A stretch of 32,000 bases of DNA from Haloferax volcanii DS2. GTDB lineage: Archaea; Halobacteriota; Halobacteria; Halobacteriales; Haloferacaceae. This document shows, piece after piece, positions 23,169-31,737 of the stretch. The DNA lies in assembly GCF_000025685.1 (NCBI RefSeq), contig NC_013967.1, positions 2,700,001 through 2,732,000 of the forward strand. The letters are read 5' to 3'. The notes beneath the pieces are model-generated. The model had not been told where the DNA came from, did no database searches, and was given only the letters and a program-made list of their open reading frames with translations. Position numbers and translations under genes: made by a program. How positions within the stretch are numbered: position 1 is the stretch's first letter; each line of letters starts with the position of its first letter.

Positions 23169-24473
23169 ATGTTCGGGACAGTACGAACCGTGTGGGACGA
23201 GTATCGCTCGGTCCCACTCATCTATCGTATCTTCGTTGCGTTCGTCGCCGGGTCGGCGGCGGGTATCCTCTTCGGGGAACGGATGGCCGTGGTCAGCCCG
23301 TTGGGCGAGCTGTTCATCCGGTTGCTCAACATGCTCATCATCCCCATCATCGTCTTCACACTTCTCTCGGGGATTCGCCAACTTTCGCCCGCTCAGCTGG
23401 GGAAAATCGGCGGCTCGACGGTCGGACTCTACGCGGTGACGACGACCATCGCCGGTCTCATCGGCCTCGCCGTCGCGAACATCCTGCAACCGGGGCGAGG
23501 AGTCGAGTTTCTCGATGCGGAAGCCAGATCGCAAGCGCCACCGTCGCTGACAGACGTTCTCCTGGGAATCGTCCCCAGTAACCCCGTGACTGCGCTGGCC
23601 GAGGGGAACCTGTTGGCGACAGTCTTCTTCGTCATCACCTTCGGCATCGCGCTCACGTACGTCCGAGCACGGCAGGATGACCTCGCCGAGACTGTCGATT
23701 CGATTTTCGCTGCCTTCGAAGTCGGCACGGAAGCGCTGTTCGTCATCGTCCGCGGTGTCCTCGAATACGGTGTCGTCGGTATCTTCGCGCTGATGGCGTC
23801 CGGTATCGGCACCGAGGGCATCGGCGTGTTCTCCTCGCTCGGTGAGTTGGTGCTGGCCGTCGCTGTCGCCGTCGTCGCGCACATCGTCATCACGTATCTG
23901 TTCTTGCTGATGGGACTGGTGATGAACGTCTCGCCGGTCGCGTTCCTCGCCGGCGCGAAAGACGCGATGGTGACGGCGTTCGCCACCCGTTCGTCGAGCG
24001 GGACGCTCCCCGTCACGATGCAGAACGCAGAGGAGGACCTTCGAATCGACGAGCGTGTCTACTCGTTTGCGCTCCCGGTCGGAGCAACCGCAAATATGGA
24101 CGGGGCTGCGATACGACAGGCGATAACCGTCGTGTTCGCCGCAAACGTCGTCGGACAACCGCTCGTGCTCTCCGAGCAGGTGCTCGTCCTTCTGGTGGCG
24201 GTGTTGATTAGCATCGGGACCGCGGGCGTCCCCGGTGCGGGGCTCGTGATGTTGACTGTCGTCCTCACGCAGGTGGGGCTGCCGCTGGAGGTCGTCGGGT
24301 TCGTCGCCGGTGTCGACCCGATTCTCGGCCGAATCGCGACGATGAACAACGTCACCGGCGATTTGGCCGTTTCGAGCGTCGTCGCGAAGTGGAACGACGC
24401 AGTCGACTTCGACGACGGGGTGTGGGCACGGTCGGCAGACGGGCTCCGGGATATCGTGTCGTCGGCAGACTGA
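23169..24473 (+). CDS. Dicarboxylate/amino acid:cation symporter (DAACS, GltP/GltT-like)
   Basis: Motifs RLLNMLIIPIIVFTL, SSSGTLPVTM, GATANMDGAAI and the GVPGAGLV hairpin region. The ATG at 23169 has TTTGAAAA about 20 nt upstream. More A/T-ending codons than the neighbouring genes. Confidence 0.9.
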   Translation: MFGTVRTVWDEYRSVPLIYRIFVAFVAGSAAGILFGERMAVVSPLGELFIRLLNMLIIPIIVFTLLSGIRQLSPAQLGKIGGSTVGLYAVTTTIAGLIGLAVANILQPGRGVEFLDAEARSQAPPSLTDVLLGIVPSNPVTALAEGNLLATVFFVITFGIALTYVRARQDDLAETVDSIFAAFEVGTEALFVIVRGVLEYGVVGIFALMASGIGTEGIGVFSSLGELVLAVAVAVVAHIVITYLFLLMGLVMNVSPVAFLAGAKDAMVTAFATRSSSGTLPVTMQNAEEDLRIDERVYSFALPVGATANMDGAAIRQAITVVFAANVVGQPLVLSEQVLVLLVAVLISIGTAGVPGAGLVMLTVVLTQVGLPLEVVGFVAGVDPILGRIATMNNVTGDLAVSSVVAKWNDAVDFDDGVWARSADGLRDIVSSAD

Positions 24474-24560
24474 CCGTCCCAGTGTGACGCACCCCGGTCG
24501 GGCGTCAGTTCGCGCGGCCGCTCCGAAATCGTCAGGTAGCACCCCACGAAACGTCCGACG

Positions 24561-25004
24561 ATGACCAACAGTGACGTTCGCGTCGCCACCGGCGACGCAG
24601 AACGCGACGACGCCTTCGGCGTCCGCAAGGCCGTCTTCGTGGACGAACAGGGCGTCGACGAGGAACTGGAGTGGGACGAACACGACGACCCCGACGCCGA
24701 GGCGGTCCACTTCGTCGCCTCCCGCGACGGCGACGCGGTCGGCGCGGCCCGACTGCGCGAGTACGAACCCGGCGTCGGCAAAGTCGAGCGCGTCGCCGTC
24801 CTCGAATCGGCCCGCGGCGAGGGCTGGGGGCGGCGACTCATGGAGGCGCTCGAAGCCGAGGCGCGCGAGCGCGGCTTCGACTCGCTTCTCCTCCACGGCC
24901 AGACGACCGCCGAGGGGTTCTATCGCGGTCTCGGCTACGAGACGAAGAGCGACGAGTTCGACGAGGCCGGGATTCCGCACGTCGAGATGCGGAAGTCGCT
25001 GTAA
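24561..25004 (+). CDS. GNAT-family N-acetyltransferase
   Basis: 147 aa: VERVAVLESARGEGWGRRLMEALE (acetyl-CoA motif) and GFYRGLGY. Confidence 0.85.
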   Translation: MTNSDVRVATGDAERDDAFGVRKAVFVDEQGVDEELEWDEHDDPDAEAVHFVASRDGDAVGAARLREYEPGVGKVERVAVLESARGEGWGRRLMEALEAEARERGFDSLLLHGQTTAEGFYRGLGYETKSDEFDEAGIPHVEMRKSL

Positions 25005-25010
25005 CGACGC

Positions 25011-26234
25011 CTAATCCTCCGAAACCGACGTCTCGACCGGCTGACTGCGGCGGTCCTCCCGTAACTGGAAGCCGTCGGCCTCCTCGCGGGCGAGCAGTTC
25101 GCGCTGCGGGTAGGGTATCTTGATTCCCTCGCGGTCGAAGGCGAGCTTCACGCTCCGAAACACCTCGGCTTTCGCCTGCGCACGGCGCGGGGCCGAGGGG
25201 TTCGTAATCCAAAAACGAAGTTGGAGGCCGATGGCGGAGTCACCGAACGTCGTCGGCATCACCTGCGGCTTCGGCACCCCCTCGACGAACTTGAGGTCGG
25301 AAAGCGCCTCCTCGGCCACCGACTCGGCGCGTTCGATGTCGGCCTCATAGTCGATGCCCACGTCGAGGCGGAGCCGGAGGCGGTTGCGCTTCGTCCGGTT
25401 CGTTATCTTCGCGTTGGTCACGCGGTCGTTTGGGAAGACGACCGTCTCGCCGTCGGCGTTGCTCAGGCGGGTGTTGATGATGGTGATGTCGGTGACGATG
25501 CCCTCGGCGTCGTCGATTTCGACCCAGTCACCCAGTTCGAACGGTCGGGAGAACATCAGCACGAAGCCCGCGATGAGCGACCCGAGGGTCTGTCGCGCGG
25601 CCATCCCGACCACGATACCGAGGAAGCCCGCTCCGACGAGCAGGCCGCCGATTCTGACCTGCCAGACCGTGAGCGCCGCCATCCCGACCGCGAGGAGGAC
25701 GACCAGTTGGAGGACGCGGAAGACGATGCCCTGCTGGTGGGCGTTGATGTTGTCGGAGGCCGTCGCGTACGAGTCCAGTTTCTCTTCGAGGACGTTCGTC
25801 CCGACGAGCGCCCCGGCGAACAGCGCGACCGTGGCCCCGAGTTTGGCGGCGTTCGGCACCGCGACGGCGAGCAGTTCGGTGAGGTCCGCGGCGAGGCCGG
25901 TGTAGCCCCAGAGAAGCAACAGCGAGAGCGCAGCGCCGACGAACACCGCGAGTTGGAGCGTCCGGACGACGACCGTCGCGGGAAACAGCCACGCCGCGTC
26001 GGTGACGGCGTCCGGGACCCGCGGATGGGCCAACACCCGCGTCCGGAGTTCGGCGGTCGCCCGCGAGACGAGCCGCGGCGCGAGAAAGACCGCGATACCG
26101 AGCGCGAGCGCCACGAGCGCCGCCGAGATACCGAGTCGCTCTTCTGTCGAAACGAACTGTGCGAGCGTCGAGCGGAGGTCCTGAAGCCACGTTGTCGCCT
26201 GCCCCGAACCCGCCGCACCCCCCTGTGGTGCCAT
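25011..26234 (-). CDS. Mechanosensitive ion channel (MscS family)
   Basis: 407 aa with N-terminal TM helices and the MscS core (LIAGFVLMFSRPFELGDWVEIDDAEGIVTDITIINTRL...VVFPN). Confidence 0.9.
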   Translation of the reverse strand: MAPQGGAAGSGQATTWLQDLRSTLAQFVSTEERLGISAALVALALGIAVFLAPRLVSRATAELRTRVLAHPRVPDAVTDAAWLFPATVVVRTLQLAVFVGAALSLLLLWGYTGLAADLTELLAVAVPNAAKLGATVALFAGALVGTNVLEEKLDSYATASDNINAHQQGIVFRVLQLVVLLAVGMAALTVWQVRIGGLLVGAGFLGIVVGMAARQTLGSLIAGFVLMFSRPFELGDWVEIDDAEGIVTDITIINTRLSNADGETVVFPNDRVTNAKITNRTKRNRLRLRLDVGIDYEADIERAESVAEEALSDLKFVEGVPKPQVMPTTFGDSAIGLQLRFWITNPSAPRRAQAKAEVFRSVKLAFDREGIKIPYPQRELLAREEADGFQLREDRRSQPVETSVSED

Positions 26235-26317
26235 CCTACCGTGTGCGATGGGTCAGACAGTAAAAGCGTGACGGAGCGACACTCAGGAATGAGAATCGGC
26301 AGGAGAGCGCTCGTCGG

Positions 26318-27976
26318 CTACAACCGCTTCGACACGTACGGCCCGTCCTGATGGTAGCCGAGCTTCTGCTTGTAGTACTGCCGGACGCCGATACCCGAGA
26401 TGACCGAAATCTTGTCGTAGCCGGCGTCGCGGGACAGTTCCTCGGCGTGGGCGAGGAGCTTCTTCCCGTAGCCCTTGTGTTGCCAGTCGCCGTCGGCACC
26501 GATGCCCGCCTCGGAGCCGTAGACGTGGAGTTCGCGGACGAGCGCCGCGTCCTGAAGCTCGCGGCGGACCGGATTGCCGGGGAATCGGAGCCGGCAGAAG
26601 CCGACCAGCAGGTCCTCGACGGGGTCTTCGAACGAGATGAAGTGCTCGGTCCCGCCGGCGACCTCGTAGGTCATCACGTCGAGTTCGATGCGTTCTGGGT
26701 CCGGGTCGGCCTCGTTCATGCCGACCTCGCGGGCGCGGATGTCCCGCTGGACGATGCCGCGCTCCTCGGCGCGCTGGGCGGCCAGTTGGCGGAGGTTGGA
26801 CTTCCAGACGCCGGCGTCGATGAAGTCCGCGGGGATGTCCCGCTGGACGCGCTGGAGGCGTGTGTACTTCGGAATCATGCCCATGACCTCCGCGACGATG
26901 TCGGCGGCCTCCTCGTTGTTCAGCGGCTCGTACTCGTCGCGCCGCCACATGTCGTAGGTGACGGTGTCGCGGACGATGAGCGTCGGGTAGATTTTGAGGT
27001 AGTCGGGCCGCCAGTCGCTGTTTTCGAACAGCTGACGGAAGTCCTCCAGACACATCTCCTTGGTCATGCCGGGCTGACCGGGCATCATGTGGAAGCCGAC
27101 CTTGAACGCCGAGTCGCGGAGGCGGCGGTTGGCGTCGATGGAGGCCTGCACGCCGTGGCCGCGGTGCATCTCGCGGTTGATGCGCTCGTAGGTCGTCTGG
27201 ACGCCGACTTCGACCTTCGTCGCGCCCAAATCGAGCATCCGGTCGATTTGCTCGGGGTCGCACCAGTCGGGCTTCGTCTCGAACGTCGTTCCGATGTTGC
27301 GGATGTCGTTCGTCTCGTTTTCCGCGATGACGTCCTCGATGTACTCGAACTCGACATCCTCGGGGTCGGGCTTGAACGACCGGTCTTCGGCCGGTTCCGG
27401 CTCCTTGTCGAGGTCGTAGTCGTTCATGGCTTCGAGCGCCCGCTTGACGAACCACTCCTGGTAGTCGTGGCTCCGGGCGGTCATCGTCCCGCCCATGAGG
27501 ATGAGTTCGACCTTGTCCACGGGGTGGCCGATGTGTCGAAGCTGTTCGAGGCGGAGCGTGACCTGCCCGTAGGGGTCGTAGTCGTTCTGGACGCCGCGGG
27601 CGGCCGCGGGCTCGTGGCCCGTGTACGACTGCGACGAGGAGAACTCGCTGGCGGGTCCGCCGGGACAGTAGAGGCACTTCCCGTGGGGGCACATGTGCGG
27701 CGAGGTCATGATGGCGACCGGCGAGACGCCGGAGGCGGTGCGGACGGGCTTGCGCTGGACGACCTCCTTGACCTCCTCGCGGCGGTCTTCCGGGGCGTAC
27801 TGCAGAATCTCGGCGTTCTTCGGAACCTTCGGCGAGGAGTGTTCCGAACAGGCGTCGAGCTTTGCGGATTCGAGGTCGTCGCGGTCGACGTCGCCCGCGA
27901 GGATGCGCTCGACGAGCGCCTCGCAGGTCCGCTCGAACGCCTCGGACTCCGTCTCGGTCTCGGCGCTCACGGCCAC
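26318..27976 (-). CDS. elp3: Elp3-type radical SAM / GNAT tRNA uridine(34) modification enzyme
   Basis: 552 aa with the radical-SAM cluster CPHGKCLYCPGG, the Elp3 core and a C-terminal GNAT (HKGYGKKLLAHAEE). The start codon is GTG at 27976. Confidence 0.93.
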   Translation of the reverse strand: MAVSAETETESEAFERTCEALVERILAGDVDRDDLESAKLDACSEHSSPKVPKNAEILQYAPEDRREEVKEVVQRKPVRTASGVSPVAIMTSPHMCPHGKCLYCPGGPASEFSSSQSYTGHEPAAARGVQNDYDPYGQVTLRLEQLRHIGHPVDKVELILMGGTMTARSHDYQEWFVKRALEAMNDYDLDKEPEPAEDRSFKPDPEDVEFEYIEDVIAENETNDIRNIGTTFETKPDWCDPEQIDRMLDLGATKVEVGVQTTYERINREMHRGHGVQASIDANRRLRDSAFKVGFHMMPGQPGMTKEMCLEDFRQLFENSDWRPDYLKIYPTLIVRDTVTYDMWRRDEYEPLNNEEAADIVAEVMGMIPKYTRLQRVQRDIPADFIDAGVWKSNLRQLAAQRAEERGIVQRDIRAREVGMNEADPDPERIELDVMTYEVAGGTEHFISFEDPVEDLLVGFCRLRFPGNPVRRELQDAALVRELHVYGSEAGIGADGDWQHKGYGKKLLAHAEELSRDAGYDKISVISGIGVRQYYKQKLGYHQDGPYVSKRL

Positions 27977-28104
27977 ACCTCCCGTTCAGCGACGTGGTGG
28001 CGGTTCATGGGCGCGAATCGGGTCGTTTCGTGGATAAGCGTGTCGCTCGGGAGGCTAGAATAGGGCCCTCCGTCGAACCGCGCGAGGAGGAGTCTGGATT
28101 CGGC

Positions 28105-30294
28105 TTAGAACTGCTCGGCGGCGGCGTCGAGGACGGCTTCGAGCGCCTCGTCGCGCGCGCCGGTCAGGAACTCGATGCGACCTTCGCGGATGCCCGCGGC
28201 GGCGAGGCCGGCGGCGGGCGCTTTCTCGGCGGCCGACTCGACGACCGCGCGGAGGTCGAGGTCGCCCGTGGCGCGGAGGTAGAGTTCGTCCATGCCGAGC
28301 GCGACGGTCACGAAGGCGTCGCCCTCACGGGTGCGGCGGTGGAGTTCGTCCACGAGCAGGCCCGTCGGCGGGAAGTCGAAGCGGTGACTGTAAGCGTCGG
28401 AGTCGAGGACGGCCGCGGAGATGGCACCGACCTCGCGGCGTTCGAGGTTCGCCTGCGCCGTCTCGATTTCGTCTTCGAGCTTGATGCGGAACTGCTCGGA
28501 GACGTGGCCGGCGAGGCCCTCGTCGGCGTCGAACAGCAGGTCTGCGATGAGTTCGCGCTTGTCCTGATACGACTGGTAGTAGGCTTCCAACGCGACGGCC
28601 TCGCGGAGTTCGCGGACGCGGTCGACGTCGAAGCCGTGCGATTCCGCGAGGTCGAGGTACTGCTGTGGGCAGTTCTCCCAGTAGCTGACCGCGGGGAGGT
28701 GTGACACGTCGTCGCGCACGTCGTCGTTGACGGCGACGGAAAGCGTGGAGGCGAGCGCGCCAACCGAGAGGTCGCGGGCGTCGGCCCCCTCGCGGGCGGG
28801 GTTGACGAGCACGTCGACTTCCGCGGCGACCTCGTCGTCGGCGGGCGCGGCGTCGACGACGACGCGCTCGGAGCCGTAGACGCCGAGCAGGCCGAGACCG
28901 TCGAGGGACTCGGCGGTCGAACCGGCACCGAGGAGAAGCACGAGCGGGAGCTTCTCGTCGTGGCGGTCGCGGTCTTCGAGCATCCGCGTCACGTCGTTCG
29001 TGGCGGCGTCCATGCCGTAGACAGCCTCTTCGAGCGGGCGACGGGTGAAGTAGTGGTACTCGGCGTCGTCGCGGGGGTGCTCCTCACGGATGAGCGGGAG
29101 CACGGCGCGCTCGACGGCCGCGCCGGCGACGTAGCCGTCGGCGGTGGCCGTGTGGCGGACGACGATGGGGCGCGATTCGAGCACGGCGCGGCGGATGGCC
29201 TCCGCGGCGTCGAGCAGCGACTTGCCGACGGCGGCGACCGGCTCGTGGGCCGCGAGGGGCGCGACGGCGTCCGGGCGGGCCTCGTCCGAGAGGGCGTCCG
29301 CGAGGCGCTGGGCCACGGTGTCGGCCTCGTCGCCGTCGAGAATCGTCAGCTCCTCGGTCTCGATTTGGAGTTCGCCGCGGCGGCGCTCGACCTCGCCGTC
29401 GATGCGGACGTAGTCGCCCACTTCGACTTCGGGGTACGCGCGGACGCCGGCCTCGACGAACGCCGCGCAGTCTGCGATGGCCGTCTCGTCGCGGAGTTCG
29501 AACACCGTCGGGCCGCCGGTCTGGCGGACGCTGGCGATTTCGCCCTCGACGCGAATCACGTCGCCGACGCGGTCGTCGATGCTGGCGAGCGTCACGCGCT
29601 CCGCCTCGTCGGCGGACTCGGCGTCAGCGTCGGTCTCGACTTCCTGCTCGTCGTCAGACTCGGCGTCCTCTTTGGACTCCGAGTCGCTCTCGGGCTCACT
29701 CTCCGGCTCCGCGTCGGCTTCCTGCTCGGACTCGCCGTTTGCGGCGATGTCGTCGACGACGTCGCCGGCGGTCGGCGCGCGGTCCTCGTCTCCGGCGTCG
29801 GACTCGGGTTTGGGTTCGGGTTCGGGCTCCGCGTCGGCGTCGGACTCGGTCTGCTCGGACGACGTGCTCACGCCGGCGGGCTTCGTCGTCTTGCCCGTCT
29901 TCGGGCGCGTCTTGACGGTCGTCGGACCGCCGCTCTCGGCATCCTGCTCGACGGGCTGGCCGTCGGCGTCGCCGTCGGGGTCGTGGATGCGAGCGCCGCG
30001 GAACTCCGAGTCGGACTGGCGAATCGACCAGCCGAGGTCGATGTTGCCGTTGTCGCGGACGTTCTTCACCTGAACGAACACCTCGTCGCCCGGCTCCCAG
30101 TCGAGGGATTCGAGGCGGCGGTCGAGTTCGCTGCGGTGCAGTAAGCCAGTCACGTTCGAAGCGAGGTCGACGAAGACACCGAAGTCGGCGTACCCGTCGA
30201 CGGTGCCTCTGTAAAATCGGCCGGGGACGAGCTGGTGGGGGCTATTGCCCCGGAATTCGAACCAGACGTCCTCCTCGTGCGTAATCCAATCCAT
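28105..30294 (-). CDS. Archaeal RecJ-like DHH phosphoesterase with N-terminal S1 and OB-fold domains
   Basis: An S1-like N-terminus (GRFYRGTVDGYADFGVFVDL...GDEVFVQVKNV), an acidic linker of roughly 110-125 aa, an OB fold (GDVIRVEGEIASVRQTGGPTVFEL...), then a DHH/DHHA1-like C-terminal half. The ATG at 30294 has TTTTAG 23 nt upstream; the track start at 30306 is a TTG. It may correspond to the RecJ3/4-type paralogs of Haloferax (from memory). Confidence 0.8.
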   Translation of the reverse strand: MDWITHEEDVWFEFRGNSPHQLVPGRFYRGTVDGYADFGVFVDLASNVTGLLHRSELDRRLESLDWEPGDEVFVQVKNVRDNGNIDLGWSIRQSDSEFRGARIHDPDGDADGQPVEQDAESGGPTTVKTRPKTGKTTKPAGVSTSSEQTESDADAEPEPEPKPESDAGDEDRAPTAGDVVDDIAANGESEQEADAEPESEPESDSESKEDAESDDEQEVETDADAESADEAERVTLASIDDRVGDVIRVEGEIASVRQTGGPTVFELRDETAIADCAAFVEAGVRAYPEVEVGDYVRIDGEVERRRGELQIETEELTILDGDEADTVAQRLADALSDEARPDAVAPLAAHEPVAAVGKSLLDAAEAIRRAVLESRPIVVRHTATADGYVAGAAVERAVLPLIREEHPRDDAEYHYFTRRPLEEAVYGMDAATNDVTRMLEDRDRHDEKLPLVLLLGAGSTAESLDGLGLLGVYGSERVVVDAAPADDEVAAEVDVLVNPAREGADARDLSVGALASTLSVAVNDDVRDDVSHLPAVSYWENCPQQYLDLAESHGFDVDRVRELREAVALEAYYQSYQDKRELIADLLFDADEGLAGHVSEQFRIKLEDEIETAQANLERREVGAISAAVLDSDAYSHRFDFPPTGLLVDELHRRTREGDAFVTVALGMDELYLRATGDLDLRAVVESAAEKAPAAGLAAAGIREGRIEFLTGARDEALEAVLDAAAEQF

Positions 30295-30317
30295 TGCGTT
30301 GAGCAAACAACCCCTAA

Positions 30318-30330
30318 CTAAAACGATTGT
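30318..30330 (-). promoter_or_regulatory. BRE/TATA-position element ACAATCGTTTTAG of the recJ-like gene
   Basis: On the coding strand, ACAATCGTTTTAG ends 23 nt upstream of the ATG. The 11-mer ACAATCGTTTT is identical to the one upstream of tdk. Confidence 0.5.
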
Positions 30331-30420
30331 CGAAAAACGCTCAGGGGAGATTTGCGCGTGTGCGGGCGGGAAACCGCCGCTCCGTCGGTCGAAACGCGGG
30401 AATTCGAGGCGAGGTTCGGC

Positions 30421-31023
30421 TCAGACGAGCGCGAGCGCCGCGGCGAGTTCCGAGAGGGCGCGGAAGCCGCCGAAGGCGTAGCCGAAGACCACGCCGGCGG
30501 GGACGGCCGCGGCGAGCGCCGCCTTCGGAACCGTCGTCTGATGGACCTCGCTGATGCCGACGACGAGGAGCACCGCGCCGTAGACGGCGCACAGCGCGCG
30601 GACGCCGGGAATCGGGAGGCTGGCGAAGGCGCACGGCGCGGCGGCGTAGGCGATGACCTGCACCGTCTCGCTCACCCCCGCGCGGCGGGACAAAAGCGGG
30701 ATGAGAAGGGCCGTCTGGATGGCCGCCGTCAGGTGGAGGAGCGCCGGCGCGACGAACAGCGCGACGACGAGCAGGGCGACGAGCGCCGAGACGAGCGGGC
30801 CGCCCTCGATGGCCGGAATCGTCGCCGGCTCGAAGGCGAACCCGAGGCCCTGATAGACGAGCGCTACCGCGATGGCGAACACGAGGCCGGGCGCTTGGTC
30901 GCCGGGGGCGACGCCGTCGCGGAAGAACTGGCGGGGGCGAACGACCACAGCGACCCACGCGCGGAGGATGCCGGTCAGCCCGCGGTCGCGGCCCTCGCGT
31001 GGGGTTTCGACCCAAGTAGTCAC
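30421..31023 (-). CDS. Yip1-domain membrane protein (GTG start)
   Basis: 200 aa from the GTG at 31023: VTTWVETPREGRDRGLTGILRAWVAVVVRPRQFFRDG..., then five hydrophobic segments, like haloarchaeal YIP1-family proteins. It starts 8 nt after the tdk stop. The rest of the 408-aa track ORF is an Arg-rich off-frame overlap of tdk. Confidence 0.7.
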   Translation of the reverse strand: MTTWVETPREGRDRGLTGILRAWVAVVVRPRQFFRDGVAPGDQAPGLVFAIAVALVYQGLGFAFEPATIPAIEGGPLVSALVALLVVALFVAPALLHLTAAIQTALLIPLLSRRAGVSETVQVIAYAAAPCAFASLPIPGVRALCAVYGAVLLVVGISEVHQTTVPKAALAAAVPAGVVFGYAFGGFRALSELAAALALV

Positions 31024-31031
31024 GCTAGCCT

Positions 31032-31619
31032 CTAGTCCCGCCGGAGGGTATGACAGTTCCGGCACCGCGCCTCGTAGGACTCCTCCGCGCCGACGAGGAT
31101 AGTGGGGTCGTCTACGTGCGCGGGCTCGCCGTCGATGAGTCGCTGGTTCCGTGTGGCCGGCTCGCCGCAGAGGGTGCAGATGGCCTGCAGCTTGTCGACG
31201 TACTCGGCGAGCGCCATCAGTTGGGGAAGCGGGTCGAACGGTTCGGCGCGGAACGTCTGGTCGGTCCCGGAGACGACGACGCGCTTGCCGTCGGCGGCCA
31301 GCGCCTCGCACACGTCGACCAGCTCGGCCGAGAAGAAATTCGCCTCGTCGATGGCCACCACGTCCTCGCCGTTGAGTTCCTCGGCGATTTGCCAGACGCC
31401 CTCGCCCTCGGAGGGGACGACGCTCGCCTCCCACGAACGACCGGCGTGAGAGCCGACCGTCGTCTCGCCGTAGCGGTCGTCGAGCTGGGGTTTGAACACC
31501 GAGATCTCCTGACCCGCGATTTCGGCCCGGCGGAGGCGTCGGAGGAGCTCCTCCGTCTTCCCCGAGAACATAGAGCCGGAGATGACCTCTATCCATCCGC
31601 TCTGCGTGATGGCGTGCAT
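31032..31619 (-). CDS. tdk: Thymidine kinase
   Basis: 195 aa with the P-loop [22 protein letters not shown] and the zinc ribbon [13 protein letters not shown]...RCRNCH. Confidence 0.93.
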   Translation of the reverse strand: MHAITQSGWIEVISGSMFSGKTEELLRRLRRAEIAGQEISVFKPQLDDRYGETTVGSHAGRSWEASVVPSEGEGVWQIAEELNGEDVVAIDEANFFSAELVDVCEALAADGKRVVVSGTDQTFRAEPFDPLPQLMALAEYVDKLQAICTLCGEPATRNQRLIDGEPAHVDDPTILVGAEESYEARCRNCHTLRRD

Positions 31620-31643
31620 ATCCTGACTGGGGGACGAGGAGGG

Positions 31644-31656
31644 TCAAAACGATTGT
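31644..31656 (-). promoter_or_regulatory. BRE/TATA-position element ACAATCGTTTTGA of tdk
   Basis: On the coding strand, ACAATCGTTTTGA ends about 24 nt upstream of the tdk ATG. It shares the 11-mer with the recJ-like promoter. Confidence 0.5.
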
Positions 31657-31737
31657 TCATCTGCCGCGACGGTCGGGAGTCGAGACGGGTCGGCCGACCG
31701 AACCCACGCCGCGTTCGAAACAGCGCGTGGCGACTGC

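Noticed and set aside
22968-24980. 670-aa minus-strand ORF
   Set aside because: It is antisense to the DAACS transporter and the GNAT gene, with Arg/Asp/His-rich low-complexity translation and no recognisable motifs.
29590-29870. Acidic repeat region of the RecJ-like gene as a separate gene or mobile insert
   Set aside because: It is in frame with, and continuous between, the S1 and OB domains. Hyper-acidic linkers are normal in halophile proteins (compare the DDGDEDEDDEDEE stretch in NFACT).
31024-31647. N-terminal 208 codons of the 408-aa ORF 30421..31647 (-)
   Set aside because: They overlap tdk in another frame with Arg/Gly-rich translation. The real gene appears to start at the GTG at 31023, just after the tdk stop.
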